A stretch of DNA of 64,000 nucleotides from Strigamia acuminata (GCA_949358305.1 OX442314.1:10416001-10480000); one strand, 5' to 3'; positions 28,347 through 42,700 are shown, counted from the first letter of the stretch. The notes: a model not told the origin generated them from the sequence alone. Translations and numbers: made by a program.

Positions 28347-28729
28347 AGGGGGAGTTAGGTTTTTGGTTTAGGTTTTGGGGTTTTTTGGGTTTTTGGGTTT
28401 TTTGGGGTTTTTTTTAGGGTTTTTTAGGGAGAAAAAATTTTTTTTTTGGTTTTGTTTTGTTTGGTTTTGTTTTGTTTGGTTTTTTTGCGATGTGGTTTTT
28501 TTTTTGTATGAATTTGTCAAGAAATGGCATTTTTTTGTACGAGTTTTTCAATGAATGTCATTTTTGTGTATGAATTTTGTAGGGAAGTCACTTTTCTATG
28601 TGGAATTTTCAACATGTCATTTATTTCTGTGAAATATCGAAGAAATGTTGTTGTTTTTTTTTTAATGAAATGTTGAGGAAATTTTTTGTTTTGGATATAA
28701 TTTGCATGACTTAAATTTCTAATTTTTGA

Positions 28730-29240
28730 CTAAAATATCCGATATTTGAACGAAATTTTTCAAAATTTGACTAAAATTTTCAAAATTTGACCAAAGTTTG
28801 ATCAAAATTTGACCAAAGTTTGATCAAAATTTGACCAAAGTTTGATCAAAATTTGACCAAAGTTTGATCAAAATTTGACCAAAGTTTGATCAAAATTTGA
28901 CCAAAATTTCCAAAATTTGACCACAATTTCCAAAATTTGACCACAATTTCCAAAATTTGACCACAATTTCCAAAATTTGACCACAATTTCCAAAATTTGA
29001 AATTTCAAAAATTTGACCAAAATTTCCAAAATTTCACCAAAATTTCCAAAATTTCACCAAACTTTCCAAAATTTCACCAAAATTTCCAAAATTTCACCAA
29101 AATTTCCAAAATTTCACCAAAATTTATGATTTTTGATTAAAATTTTGTCATTTTGACCAAAATTTCTTATTTTTGATTAAAAATTTGTCATTTTGACCAA
29201 AATTTCTTATTTTTGATTAAAAATTTTATCATTTTGCCCA
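28730..29240. repeat. 20-21-bp tandem array
   Basis: Repeated CAAAATTTGACCAAAGTTTGAT / CAAAATTTGACCACAATTTC. Confidence 0.9.
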
Positions 29241-32200
29241 AATTTTCCCCAGTTAAAATAAAAAAAAACAATTTTAAAACTAAACCTCCCAAAATCCCGT
29301 CATCTTTTGCCCCACAATTCAACAATTTATCAAAAACAAACGAATAAATTGCCAACCCTCTCTCACTCAAATCCAACACCCAACAACAAAACCGATTTAT
29401 TTTAGCCGGGAAAAACTTTTGTTTACCGTTTATTACCACATTTGAATCAGCGACGCGTAGGTGGGGTCTGAGCTGGGACATGTGGGAGTGGGGTCGATGG
29501 GGCGAGCAAGAGAGGGGGGGATGGGGAGAATGTAAACGCACGACCAGCTGTTCCCATATCGTGGCGCGTGCGAAAACTCCCGCCATATACTACGCATTCT
29601 CATTGTTTGTTACAATTTCCACCTTCCCACCCACCCCTTGTCCCTACCAACAGTCAAAGCCACCGAGCACCGATTGTCGTTGGCGCGATTCGAATATCGA
29701 ATCGATCCCGACCGGTCCGCGCGCGCAAAACGGAAAAATGCAAAAATCTGGTCGCGCTCGGCGAAATTTATGCAAATTGCGCGCCAACCCTTTAAAAGTG
29801 GTGTAAATTGCCCCCTCATCAGACGCGGAGGAAGGAAAGGGGTCCTCGAACGGAGTTTTTGTTTCTCCATCCATCAGGATCGAAAAAGGATCCGGGGTTT
29901 GCGCGTACGGCACGTGACTGAGCGCGTGCTTGGCGCTGCATTTGCATACAGCTGCAGCATGCATTTTCTCTTTGTTTTGGTTGTGCTTTTGTTATGGGGG
30001 GTTTTGTTTGGTTGGTTTCGGGTGAGGGTGAGGGGAGGTGGACATGATTGCTGTATGGAACTTTTGATAGATATTTTTATTTTTTCGAATTTTTTGATAT
30101 TTTTTGGGGGTCTTGGTATTTATTTTTGTACTTGTTTTGCTGCTTTTGATATATTTTTTGACTTTTTTGATATATTTTTCGTCCTTTTTTGATATTTTGT
30201 GTTGTTTTTGTTGTTTTTTGGTCTTTTGTAGCAATTTTTGGTCCTTTTATTGGTTTTTTTGTATTTATTGGCATTTTGAAATCTTTTTTGACATTGTTTG
30301 ATCATTTTCTGGTCTTTTATGATGATTTTTTAGGCATTTTTGGGCTTATTTTGGTCTTATTTGATGATTTTTAGGCATTTTTGGGCTTATTTTGGTCTTA
30401 TTTGATGAATTTTAGGCATTTTTGGGCCTATTTCGGTCTTATTTTGGACTTATTTGATGTTTTTGTGATTTTTATTTGTCTTTTTTGATGTTTTTTGATA
30501 TTTTTATTGGCAATTTTCGGTCGGTTTTAATTTCCAGTTGTTGGGAAATCCTATAAGTCAGTTTTCGAGGGACTAGAGTTCATGTTTCAGCGGGAAAACC
30601 CTTAAAATCCGAAGGGGATTTTTGACATTACGAATAAAACCTTTTTTTAATCAGTCATTAGTCTTATTTTTATCATTACAATTTTTTTTTATTCTAAAAA
30701 AAAAAAAATCAATCAAATGTTTTCACTTTTACTAATTAAATTTAAAAAAAAAAATTCTAAACAGCTAAATTGCTAAACACAATATTAGTTACCTTTTTTT
30801 GCAATACCTTTTGCATAATGTAATTAGCATTGAATTGAGTACAAGAGCGAAAAGGGGCGCGCGGCCGCGCACTGCATTTCAATTCATTGGCGCCCGCCTG
30901 CATTTCTTTTATGGCGCGTGTCATATTTTGGAAGTGACCATACGTCGCCAAACAACATCTGCAACCCTTATATTCTACCTGGTGGAGGGAGATAATGGGC
31001 ATGCGGGTTTTGTGTCATGTTTATGGCTCATGTGACTAATTTGGGTTTGTTTTTGAGTATTTTGTGACCTCGTTTCGGTGTTTGGTGTTGGGACGTTTTG
31101 GTTTTTTGGTTTTGTGGGGGATTGAGAGTTTTGGTGTTTTTGTTTGGGGATTGGGGAATCGATGTTTTGAGGGTGGGAGAGGGTTTTGGGGTGGGGTATC
31201 GATTTGGAATTGATTTGGTGGGTTTATCGGGGGAAATGGTGTTTTGTTGTGATTTTTTTTTTAATTTATCGATTTGTGTGTCGATATTTTTGAGTTTTGG
31301 AGGTTTTTTTTTTTTTTATGTTGATTTTGTTAGGAAAATGTACCGTAATCGATGTTTTTAGTCGCGAACAATGAAAATAAATTGATTTCTTTTTAAACGC
31401 ATTGATTTTTGTGAAAAAATTTAAGAAATGTAACAAAAAATGCAAATAAATCGATCAAAATTGAAAATAAGTTGTCAAAAATTGGAAATACATCGACAAA
31501 TAGAAAAAAATTGACAAAAAATTGACGAAATTTGACAAAAATTGACAAAAAATCGACGAAATTTGACAAAAATTGACAAAAAATTACAAAAATCGACAAC
31601 AAATTGACAAAAATCAACAAAAAAATTACAAAAATCAACAAAAATTGACAAAAATCAACAAAAAAATTACAAATCGACAAAAAAAAATCATCAAAAACTG
31701 AAATAAAAATATAAAATTGAAATAAAATCGACGTTTATTTTGATTATTTCCATCTCCATTTTCTCCCGTAAAAAAAAATCGAATACATTTCTAAACAAAT
31801 ATCGATTTTCTAAATAAACATACCGCCATGTCAATTTATTTTATCAATTTAAAAAAAAAAATATTTTCTTCAATTCCATTTTTTTTAAACATTCACAAAA
31901 AAAATCGATTCCCTTTTCGATATTTTTCCAAAAAAATCTCCCAAATCGTTCGGCTGCACGGTTAACTACTCGTGTACTGCAGCGAAGCCAAATTCAGCTG
32001 TCAGGATAACAAGTAGACAAGCGAGATAAATTCACGTTAGCCGCGGCCGAACTTATCGAATGGATCGTTATTTAGTTACACAAGAGATGAAGTGGTGCAA
32101 TTATTGACCCGTTAGTCAAAGACCGATCCTTCCTTTCTCGACACGAACAAATCTGTCAGCCTCGATTTGATTAAAACAAATTATCGTTCATTTATCGATA

Positions 32201-32629
32201 AATGCAAATTGCGAAATCGAAACCTGTTTGATTTTTGCGCGACTCGTGTTTGATTTGCTGACTTAACGGGAGCAGGTGGGGTCGAGGTGCGGCACGCGTC
32301 TCTGAATGCGCGTCCCCTCGCGCGTCTTTCTCCCAGGTGGAGCTTGCGGGGCTCGTCGGACGCGCTTCATTTAGCGCGCGTGGGGCGTCGCGGAGGTGAC
32401 GCTATGGTACATGAGCGCATGGTTCCCCGCGGCTAACCGCACGCGATATTTTGGCGGGAAAGTAACGGGAGCGTGACATTATTCCATATGGCGCACGAGC
32501 AAGTTTTTGTTGAAGGAGTTTGTATTTAGATTTGTTTAATTGTTGGGGAAAGGAAGGTGTTGGGGAAGATTAGTGGGAAGCGATGAGTTAACCTTTTTGT
32601 GGTTTTTTATTTTGGAGTTGGAAGAATGG

Positions 32630-33200
32630 AATTTTTGCATATGAAAGTGAATTTCTGAATCTAAAAATGAATTTTTGAATCTAAAAATGAATTTTTGCAT
32701 CTAAAAATAAATTTTTGCATCTAAAAATGAATTTTCGCATCCAAAAATGAATTTTTGCATATAAAAATGAATTTAAAAATGAATTTTTGCATCTAAAAAT
32801 GAATTTAAAAATGAATTTTTGCATATAAATATGAATTTTTGCATCTGAAAATGAATATTTGCATCTAAAAATGAATTTTTGCATCTAAAAATGAATTTTT
32901 GCATCTAAAAATGAATTTTTGCATATAAAAATGAATTTTTGCATCTGAAAATGAATATTTGCATCTAAAAATGAATTTTTGCATATAAAAATGAATTTAA
33001 AAATAAATTTTTGCATATAAAAAAAATAAGTTTGCATCTAAAAATGAATTTTTGCATCTACAAATTCGATTTTTGCATCTACAAATTCAATTTATGCAAA
33101 TACAAATTCAATTTATGCAAATACAAATTCAATTTATGCAAATACAAATTCAATTTATGCAAATACAAATTCAATATTTCCATCTAAAAATGCATTGTTG
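32630..33200. repeat. 20-bp tandem array
   Basis: Repeated GCATCTAAAAATGAATTTTT. Confidence 0.9.
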
Positions 33201-34469
33201 AATCTAAAACTGCATTGTTGCATGCAAAAGCGAATTGTGCATCTAAAAGTCCATTGTTGCAACGAAAAGCAAATTGAACTGCGTCAGATGCATCCCTAAA
33301 GAGACCATATTCAAATCGCACAAATGCATAATTTGTATTATATTCCTTCAAAAAAAATAATTCCCTTTTATCATATCTAAAAACTGAACCATTTGCATCT
33401 TATCACATTCGTCCCCCATCACCAATTCCATCCCACTCTTAAATATTTATCGCACGCATTCATTTCCATACGTAAATAACCCCGAGGAAAGGATGCAACA
33501 TGTTACGCAATGAATTGTATCCGACCGAAGAAATATCTATCTCCTCACTGCGTGCCATCTGCCAGACGAGGAACGCGCTAATTGTGGCGGAGAGAGAGCG
33601 AGAGCGAGAGGGGCGCGTGCTGATCTCACTTCCCCCATCCCATCCCGACCCATCCCATCGCATCCCGACCGCCTGTTGTTCTCATCAAATGTAGCATAGC
33701 GGCAGATGTACATAACACCGTCACGTGACTGCGTGCCATATTACAAACATCCTTCCTGCGCCCAAATTAGCGCCAACACCCATGGCCGCATCACCTGGGC
33801 GACCGGTCCACTTTTGGCATCTATTTTTCGAGGAATTAGGCGAAATTAAAGCGAAAATTGAGCTGAAACGGAGAGGAAATTTGGTGCGGGTTGAATAGAT
33901 TTTGCTATGGTTTCGTTGATTCAAAGGATTAGGTGAATGGTGTATGGGAGTTGCGTGCGGCGCATGCGCGGGAGAACGGTATTGTGCCGTTGTAGTTTGG
34001 GCGCAGCTGTTGGGCGGCTGGACAATAGGCGGGAGCGGGAATGCGGGGTGAGGGGGAGGTGATTAACCCTTTTGGAGGGCAAAGTGAGTTTGAGTTGAGA
34101 TGGGGATCTTAAGATGGGGATGGGGGGTGGGGGATGGGGTTGGTGATGTTCAGTTTGTTGGGTTTGATTGTGGCAGGCGAAGCAGGTGAGGGGTCGCGAC
34201 AGATGCCCTTAGAGGTGATTCCAGGTGGAGTAGCGAGGGAGACATAATCTGGGGAAAGTTGTATGGGTCTTGTGCAAGAGAGGGAGGGAGAGGGAGGGCG
34301 AGGGGAGGGGATAGCGGGTCTGGGTGAACGGGAAAGTTGGGGTGCGATTTTTGGGAGAAAAGTGAATTTTTAGTGTCTGGATTTTAAAGTAAATAAAAAT
34401 TGTTGCTTGTAGGTTTCAATTTATAGTATTTGGACGAAGTGGTGAAAGTGATGAATGGAGAGTTGGAAC

Positions 34470-35600
34470 CAAATTTAGGTTTTAATTAGGCAAATTTAGG
34501 CTTTAATTAGGGTAAATTTAGGCTTTAATTAGGGTAAATTTAGGCTTTAATTAGGCAAATTTAAGCTATAATTAGGCAAAATTAGGCTTTAATTAGGCAA
34601 ATTTAGGCTTTAATTAGGCACACTTGGGCTTTAATTAGGCAAATTAAACAAATTTAGGCTTTAATTGAGCAAATTAAACAAATTTAGGCCTTAATTGAGC
34701 AAATTAAACAAATTTAGGTTCTAATTAAGAAAGTTTGTTTTAATTCAGCAAAGCAAGCCAGTTTAGGCTTTAATTAAGCAAAGCAAGCCTATTTAGGCTT
34801 TAATTAAGCAAAGAAAGCCTATTTAGGCTTTAATTAAGCCAGTTTAGGCTTTAATTAAGCAAAGCAAGCCTATTTAAGCTTTAATTAAGCAAAGCAAGCC
34901 TATTTAGGCTTTAATTAAGCCAGTTTAGGCTTTAATTAAGCAAAGCAAGCCAGTTTAGGCTTTAATTAAGCCAGTTTAGGCTTTAATTAAGCCAGTTTAG
35001 GCTTTAATTAAGCCAGTTTAGGCTTTAATTAAGCCAGTTTAGGCTTTAATTAAGCCAGTTTAGGCTTTAATTAAGCCAGTTTAGGCTTTAATTAAGCAAA
35101 GCAAGCCAGTTTAGGTTTTAATTAAGCAAAGCAAGCCAGTTTAGGCTTTAATTAAGCAAAGCAAGCCAGTTTGGGCTTTAATTAAGCAAAGCAAGCCAGT
35201 TTGGGCTTAAATTAAGCAAATTTAGACTGTAATTAATTATATTTAGGCTTTAATTAGGCAAATTTAGACTGTAATTAATTATATTTAGGCTTTAATTAAG
35301 TAAATTTAGACTCTAATTAAACAAGTTTAGATTTTAATAGCGTAAATTTAGATTTTAATTACGGAAATTTAGACTCTAATTAAACAAATTTAGGTTTTAA
35401 AAAAGGAAATTTAGGATTTAATTGAGCAATTTATGCATGTTTAGACTCATGATTGAGCAAATTAAGCTGGTTTAGACTTTAATTGAGCAAAGTAAACCGA
35501 TTTAGGCTGTAGTTAAGTAAACTTCGCCAATTTAGGCTGCAATCGAGTAAATCAGGCAAATCTAGGCTTTAATTGAGCAAATTTAGACTTTTAATTAAGG
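34470..35600. repeat. 21/30-bp tandem array
   Basis: Repeated TTTAGGCTTTAATTAAGC(CAG/AAAGCAAGCC). Confidence 0.9.
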
Positions 35601-38166
35601 AAATTTAATGTTGAAAATAATTGCATTGAATCAGGTACAATCCTACTGTAATTAATAATTTTGAAATAATTAAACCCGAAATAAGCATTTCATTTTATTT
35701 TTGAAATTTTCTTAAAATCCAAATAAACTCAATTGCCCCCCCCCCCCCCCCAAAAAAAAAAAAAAAAAAAAAATCTGGGGCCCTAGACGACTCCCAAACA
35801 TGGCCAACGAAAAACAGAATAAAAATAAGCCTCGGTTTGATTGCATAAGTGAAATACCTCCCCAAAGAAAATTGAAAAAAAAATGGATAGAAATTCATGA
35901 GAAATATAAACACGCCATTGCATTAATCATAGCAATGCATTTATTGGCATTTTTTTGCTCACGTGTCGAGAAAAACCACCCACAATCCCCATGTTTTCTC
36001 GGCGCAATGCAATTACAACAAATTATCAGCAGTACTGCAGTACTGTCCTTTATTTATCCTTGGAACTGTGTGTTTTGTGCGCCGCGCTGTTTGTTCTGTC
36101 ATTAAGAGTTTTGTCCCTTGACATGCCCGAATATAATTGAAGACTCCCTTCCTTCGTATTCCGTTAATGATTCCCCAAATGTCCACCGTATATTTATCTA
36201 TTTATCATTATCAACGAACCGATCGATGGATTTTCGACGAGCGAAATCACTAGGTTTCGATTTAGCGCGCAAATCGAAAGTTTGTGATTTTGGGCTTTTC
36301 GCGCGAAAAAAGATAATTTTTTTGTTTTGTTTCGTTTGGATTGATCTTTTTTCGGGGGCAAATAATTGCAGGGAAAAATTGTGTGTTTACATGGAATGGA
36401 AAATTGGATTTTGGAAGGGAAAAATGTTTCTCGAGTAAAAGTCATTCTGATGTGTGTTGTTGCATCGATTTTCTGCCTGTGAGAGCAACAGTTGGGCGTG
36501 CTAAGTTGAGTTACTTTAGCGTAACTGTGTGATTGATTCTGGTCAAAACAAGATTAAAAGGAGGGAAAAAAATGTTTAATAATAAATTGTATGGGTTTTT
36601 TTTTTATTTTTTTATTTTTTTTTATTTTTTATTTATTTATTTTTTTGTTTATTATTTTTCTGAATTTTTATTTTATTTTTGTTTTTTTTTAGTTTTGTTT
36701 GGAATTTTATTCACTTTGTTGTGCAATCATAATTAATTTCTATTTGATTTGTGTGTAGCTTGGTCGTAAATGGAAGTAAAATAGCTGTAAAGAAGAGTGG
36801 TCACACTTAGCAAAGAGCATCATTTCCGGTGATATTAGCACGCCATCTGTATGTGAGTTCTCTTCCGGTATGATGTGTTTTTTATCCATCCATTAGTGGC
36901 TTTATTTCGCTTGTTTTCTTTACTTTAGGTGGAAAAAAACGGGGAAAACAAGAAAGAAACGGGCAAGCTAGAGAGGTATAATTTTTTTTTTGTCGTTGAA
37001 TTGATCCATTGTATAAAAAAAAAGATGGTTTATGGTTTGTGGTGATGCCATTTTGATTTATTTATTGCCCTCTGTGGGTCAATTATGGAATGTAGCATGT
37101 GTTTTAAATATTTAAAAGTTGATGTTTTGGCAACAACGTGGTATTAATTTTGTATGAAATCAAAATTTTTATCTCGAATCGTGATCGTGATCAATGTTGA
37201 CTCGTTGAAAGTTGAAGATTATGCGGTAAAGCAGCAATAGATGCGTTCAAAGTAGTCTGACTTGACTACGTATTTGAAACTGTAATGGAGCGTGCAAATA
37301 ACGTGACCAGGTTGCGCACGAGAAACACACGAGGTGCGCAAGAGCTGTGGAAGCGCCGTGTATTGCAGTGAAGTGACACAGACTATGTGGGCAGCTGGTC
37401 ACAGTTGGTGTAGTTGAGATTTACATAACTGACTAGTTTATATAGGTGGCGCTGCAGAAAGGCAGTGTCACAAATTAACAATTAACAAGTGACGTGCATC
37501 GGAGTGTTTCTATAAACGGAATGGCATCAAAAACAGCCAAAAACCATCACCAAGCCTTCTTTCAGTCTCGGTGGGCATGCGCACAACGTTTAAAAACGAC
37601 AAAACATGTTTAACTACAATCTTAAACACGTTTTTCGAAGGCTGGTGTTGAAAATGGTGAAAAGAGAAACGTTGAATGCACCTTACCCTATGGTAGTGTG
37701 AAGTTTGGGTGTGATGGTTTAGAAAATTGGATTTTTCTTATCTGTCTGAGGTTGTGTGACGTTTTGATTCGATCCTACAAGTAGGGTCGTCAGTCGTCAC
37801 GCATCCTCAGTAATGGATAAGTGGATTCTAATTTTTAATCTCAATAGTTGGGATCGGGTTTGTGCAACACGTCGATAATACGAAACGATAAGCCGAGTGA
37901 AGTGTGAGATTGCACAAATTGGTGCTCACAGAAGGAAATAAAGCAAGAAAATTTCGGTACAGTGCTGTAAATTACTTTTGTTTAAACGAGTTTATTGTTG
38001 TTTATTTTTTTAGCATTGTTAGGCCTAACGTTAGGCTTAATACTGGGAATAAGTGGAAGTAGGAAATCGTCTGCGCATAACATCAATTTGGCATCGCAAA
38101 CTGTAAATGCTTACGACAATCGAATGATTACGTCGGACTTTTTTCCGACATGGTTTATAAAGCAAC

Positions 38167-38300
38167 ATGGTTGCTAAATGTGATCGTTGTCAACGTTGTA
38201 AACCTATTCAAAGGAAGCCACCAGGACTCTTGACGCCGGTGTCACCGCTGGTAGGCCGATTTGAACGAATTGGTATCGAATTGGGTCGTCTGAAACCAAT
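38167..38300 (+). pseudogene. Ty3/Gypsy integrase fragment (zinc-binding C2 half and start of the core)
   Basis: Peptide VAKCDRCQRCKPIQRKPPGLLTPVSPLVGRFERIGIELG follows the Gypsy pattern CxxCQxxK...PxGLLxP...FExIGID. It is cut off by the MITE-like element at 38303. Confidence 0.7.
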
Positions 38301-38302
38301 GA

Positions 38303-38732
38303 CTATACTCGAGTTGCACTCAAAAAGGCACCTCACAATGTGTACTCCCATTGGTCGAGCAGGTTTACTACTAACTCCAGACTGTATACTACTACTAGGA
38401 GAAGTAGTTTTGTTTTTTATTTATTGTTGTGATTGTTATGACTAATTTAGTTTGTTATTTTGATTTTATTTAATAAAAAATGTTATTTCCATCATTAAAA
38501 TGAAGTTTTACACATTAAAAAATGTCAAACTCATGTTTGTTGTGTTTATTGCTTACATCGTCTGGAAGTTTGAATTTTAGGCCGTTGCCTAGGCAATCGA
38601 TTACAATGTCTGTACATTGTAATGCAATTCTGGTGTTTGGGTCTACTTTTCCGGATCACTACACCAGTAAACTGGCTCGACCAATGGGAGTACACATTGT
38701 GAGGTGCCTTTTTGAGTGCAACTCGAGTATAG
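38303..38732. mobile_element. MITE-like element with 67-bp terminal inverted repeats
   Basis: 38303-38369 is the reverse complement of 38666-38732; the outer 58 bp are identical (65/67 overall). The spacer is ~300 bp and non-coding. TA at both ends suggests a Tc1/mariner-type TSD. Confidence 0.8.
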
Positions 38733-39239
38733 AAATAGAATGGCGCCATGTTAATGTGCGTGCATTGTTTTTAGGAGGGTAATGATAGTTTTTGGGGAAT
38801 GTTTGCACGTTGACATTCGAATTTTGTTTTTGAAAAAATTGTGAGATATGATTGAGAGATTGAAGTGGAAAGGTTTGTTTTGTAGTATTAGTGCAACAGT
38901 TGCAGCTATTAGCCATGCACTATGAGAACTAATCATTGTGACATAAAATCAATGAACATGGCTATAGGTGAAGTCTTGACTTTGCTGCTGCTTGCAGTAA
39001 ACATAGGTTGTCTTATTGATATGTCTGAAATATTCATTCTGTTGCTATATCTTCAGGTAAACAGGTTTAGCTGTATTTGTTTTTGTTTTCGCTGGCCATT
39101 AGTTATGCGCAGAGAAGAGGTGTAATTAGGTGGAAGGGTGTGCCCTTGGAGATCAGCAGGGTGTTGAGTTTGATTAACTGTCTAGGTTAAAACTGCAATT
39201 TAAGATGCATTTCTATTTCTAGTGTACATCAAAATTACA

Positions 39240-39715
39240 TTTTACATTTTTGCATGTAAAAATTGCATTTTTGCACGTGAAAATTGCATTTTTGCACGTG
39301 AAAATTGCATTTTTGCACGTAAAAATTGCATTTTTGCACGTAAAAATTGCATTTTTGCACTTAAATATTGCATTTTTGCACTTAAATATTGCATTTTTGC
39401 ACTTAAAAATTGCATTTTTGCTCTTAAAAATACCATTTTTGCACTTAAAAATACCATTTTTGCACTTAACAATTGCATTTTAGCACTTAACAATTGCATT
39501 TTAGCGCTTAAAATTTGCATTTTAGCGCTTAAAATTTGCATTTTAGCGCTTAAAAATTGCATTTTAGCGCTTAAAAATTGCATTTTAGCGTTTAAAAATT
39601 GCATTTTTGCACGTAAAAATTGCATTTTCGCACGTAAAAATTGCATTTTCGCACGTAAAAATTGCATTTTCGCACGTAAAAATTACATTTTTGCACTTAA
39701 AAATTGCATTTTAAG
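39240..39715. repeat. 21-bp tandem array
   Basis: Repeated AAAATTGCATTTTTGCACGTA. Confidence 0.9.
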
Positions 39716-42700
39716 TATTATGTATAATTTACAAAGTACATCATACTTAGAGCCTCAACCTCGAGTGCTGTAAACGAATGAGCATTAATAACGGTTATAA
39801 AAACATACGTATACAAGTTAGATTCTTTCAAACAAAATTATCCACACTCTGATACAATCTGAGATGTAGATTACCAAAAATAACATTTCTATCGGAAATC
39901 AATACCAATTGATTTTCGTCAATTAATCATCCAAAATCGCAAAAATCCGTACATGCTCCGTTGCTCGCGATCACTTTCGGATCGTCGTCATTAGCATTAC
40001 CCAACGATTATTCCAACAATCCACAACTCCACAAAACAACACCAAACCCCAAAAACAACAACATTCGCACGACTTTTGCACTAAACGACACGTTCATTAG
40101 TGTTTACCACAACACAAACTTGCAACAAAAAAATAAAAAATCGCAAGACATAAAAAATTCTCCCATAATTATTTTAATTAGACAGTTTCATGCATTTGAG
40201 AAATTCTTACAAAATAACATACAATTTGCCTGTGCGTGTTCGTGTCCGTAGAAAATTAAATTACTCCAAAATAAAATACAAAAATAAATTTAATTCCTCG
40301 CGAGAAAATACAAACAAACAAAAAAAAATCATTTCTGACTAATTTCCAACTTTTTTTTTTTATCTCATTTTCAATTCATTAAATTAATGGCACCTCAATC
40401 TGATTGATGCACGAATCGATACAATCTCCCAAGTGACCGGTGCAATAATATTTTATTGTACAAACAATCGTTTTTCCACGAAAGAAACGCGAATGAATTG
40501 AATTGATGGATTAAAAAGTGGACATTTAATGCGTATTAAACATTCCAAAGGTGCCAAAAAATGTTGGCGAACTCGAGTAGTGTCGTGCCGAGTTACACAA
40601 AAGTGGCCACGACAGGGCATTAATTTATAATAAGTCGATCAAAGCGAAGCGTCATGCAGGGAAGAGAGATGGCGGGGGTTGGGTGGTCGGTGTTGCCTGT
40701 GACAGATGGCGGCGTGGCGTGGGTGACTGGGTGGGGTGGGTGGGGGGGCAGGGGGGGGGGTTGGCTGTCTGGTGGTCTATTGACAGCCCACGGGTATGAA
40801 ACCCCGTCTAGGAGTTTGGCGTGCGAAGTTGGATCAGTCAGCAGATGGTTGAGGTTAGGGTTGAGAAATTTGGTCAATTTGGTCAGTTTTTATATATTTT
40901 TTTTGTTGGGCAGTTGGGTGAAGGGGTGTAATTTTGTAGGATGTTTTGAAGATTTATACATGTTTCATGTAAAGCTTTTTTTTTGTACAGTATAGAAAAA
41001 AGGGGAAAAGCGTGTAAAATCAAGTCAAAACGGATGAAATCATGAAGAAAAGGGTAAAATCGTGTAAAAAAGTGTAAAAATTGTGTAAAATGGGGTAAAA
41101 CATGTTAAACTGTGTAAAAGTTATGTAAAAACGGGTAAAATCATGTGAAAACGGCTAAAAACGTGTAATATCGGTGTAAAAACATGTTAAAATATGTAAA
41201 ATCGGTTAAAATCGAAAAGATTCGTAATGTCGATAATTCTATTTTTCGATTTTTTTTATTTAGGCATTACGGAGTTTTCTATCTCCATGTATAACGTAAA
41301 GCCGGATTAAAATTGGGCTGTAAACGGGATTAGGTTGAACGGGATATCACCGTTTTGGAGGGATTTTGTATGGGAAATTGAGGAATAGGTAGTTGAGGTG
41401 TGTTTGGGAATTTATTCGATTTTTAGTCGATTATTTCTTACGTAAATTGAATCATAAAGTAGACTTTTTTATTTTGGTTGGTATAATCGATTTTTATTGC
41501 AATTATTGTCGATTTTGGTGGACGAAATCGATTTTTATTGCAATTATTGTCGATTTTGGTGGACGAAATCGATTTTTATTGGATTATTGTCGATTTTGGT
41601 AGACGAAATCGATTTTTATAGCCGATTATCTTGAAAATCGAATAAGTTTCCAAAAATTGTTTCACATATCGAAGCACAAAAACCAAAAAAAAAAAAATTA
41701 ATACCGATTAATGAAATTGATTTTTATAGCCGATTATTCAAAAACCCCATCGACATTTTCCGATTTTTTCCAAAATCATCGATCGAAAAATCAAAATTCC
41801 AATTTCGATTAATTTAATCGATCTTCATAATCGATAATCATCCAAAAACCAAATCGATATTTCCGATTTTCCCCCTCCCCCCCAAAAAAAATCACCAACC
41901 TTACGAAACTAAATCGCTCCGCAAAAAAAACCCAAAAAAATCGATTCATTTCTTTCTAATTTGATTATCCACCGACCGAAATAAAACATTCTCCCGAACC
42001 AAACTATCTTCATACTAGATTGTCGCCATAGCAACAACTCCAACACCAACACCAACCAGCAATTTTTTCCTCATAAGTATCCCTGGTGACGATGGCGCGC
42101 ATTTCTAGCAAATACAAGTAAGTCCTGCGCGGGGCAAGAACGCAAAAATAACAAATTGGATCCCCGACAGCACGTGATTCCGTCCATAACCAGTGGAATC
42201 CGATTGGTTTAAATCCCTCGGAGGATTTTTTTTCCACGAGCACGCACGTGACTCGTGGGAAATGGCGCGCACGTCACGACATGCTTAGAGATTCATTTAT
42301 TAATGCACGTGTCTCTTAATCACCTAATTAATCCGCGCATTGATTGGTCGATTTGAGTTGGTTCCATCTCGCATCCATCAATCACACCGGGGTCCGCCAG
42401 TCTGTCTGCTCTTGTTTCACCTGGTGGCGCCATTGCTCTGTTTACTCACCGAGGGTGAGGTGGGGTCGCGAGGGAAGGGTGCCGAGTGAAATGCGCGTTT
42501 AATTTATTCGGGGCTTGTGCTAAGGTTCGATTATTGCTCGCTTTGGGTTCTTGTGTCTTTAGGATTGTTGATGCACGTCGAGAAATGTCGTCGGAGAGGG
42601 AAGTTTGATTTTTTTTTTTTGGTAGGTGCTCCGATTAAAAGCCGGGGTTAAATAGCAGATGGGGTTTGGGGAAGTTAAAAGTTGTGTGGTTAAAACTACG

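Noticed and set aside
35736..35773. Poly(C) followed by poly(A) as a retrocopy tail
   Set aside because: No TSD or element body was recognisable; homopolymers are common in this window.
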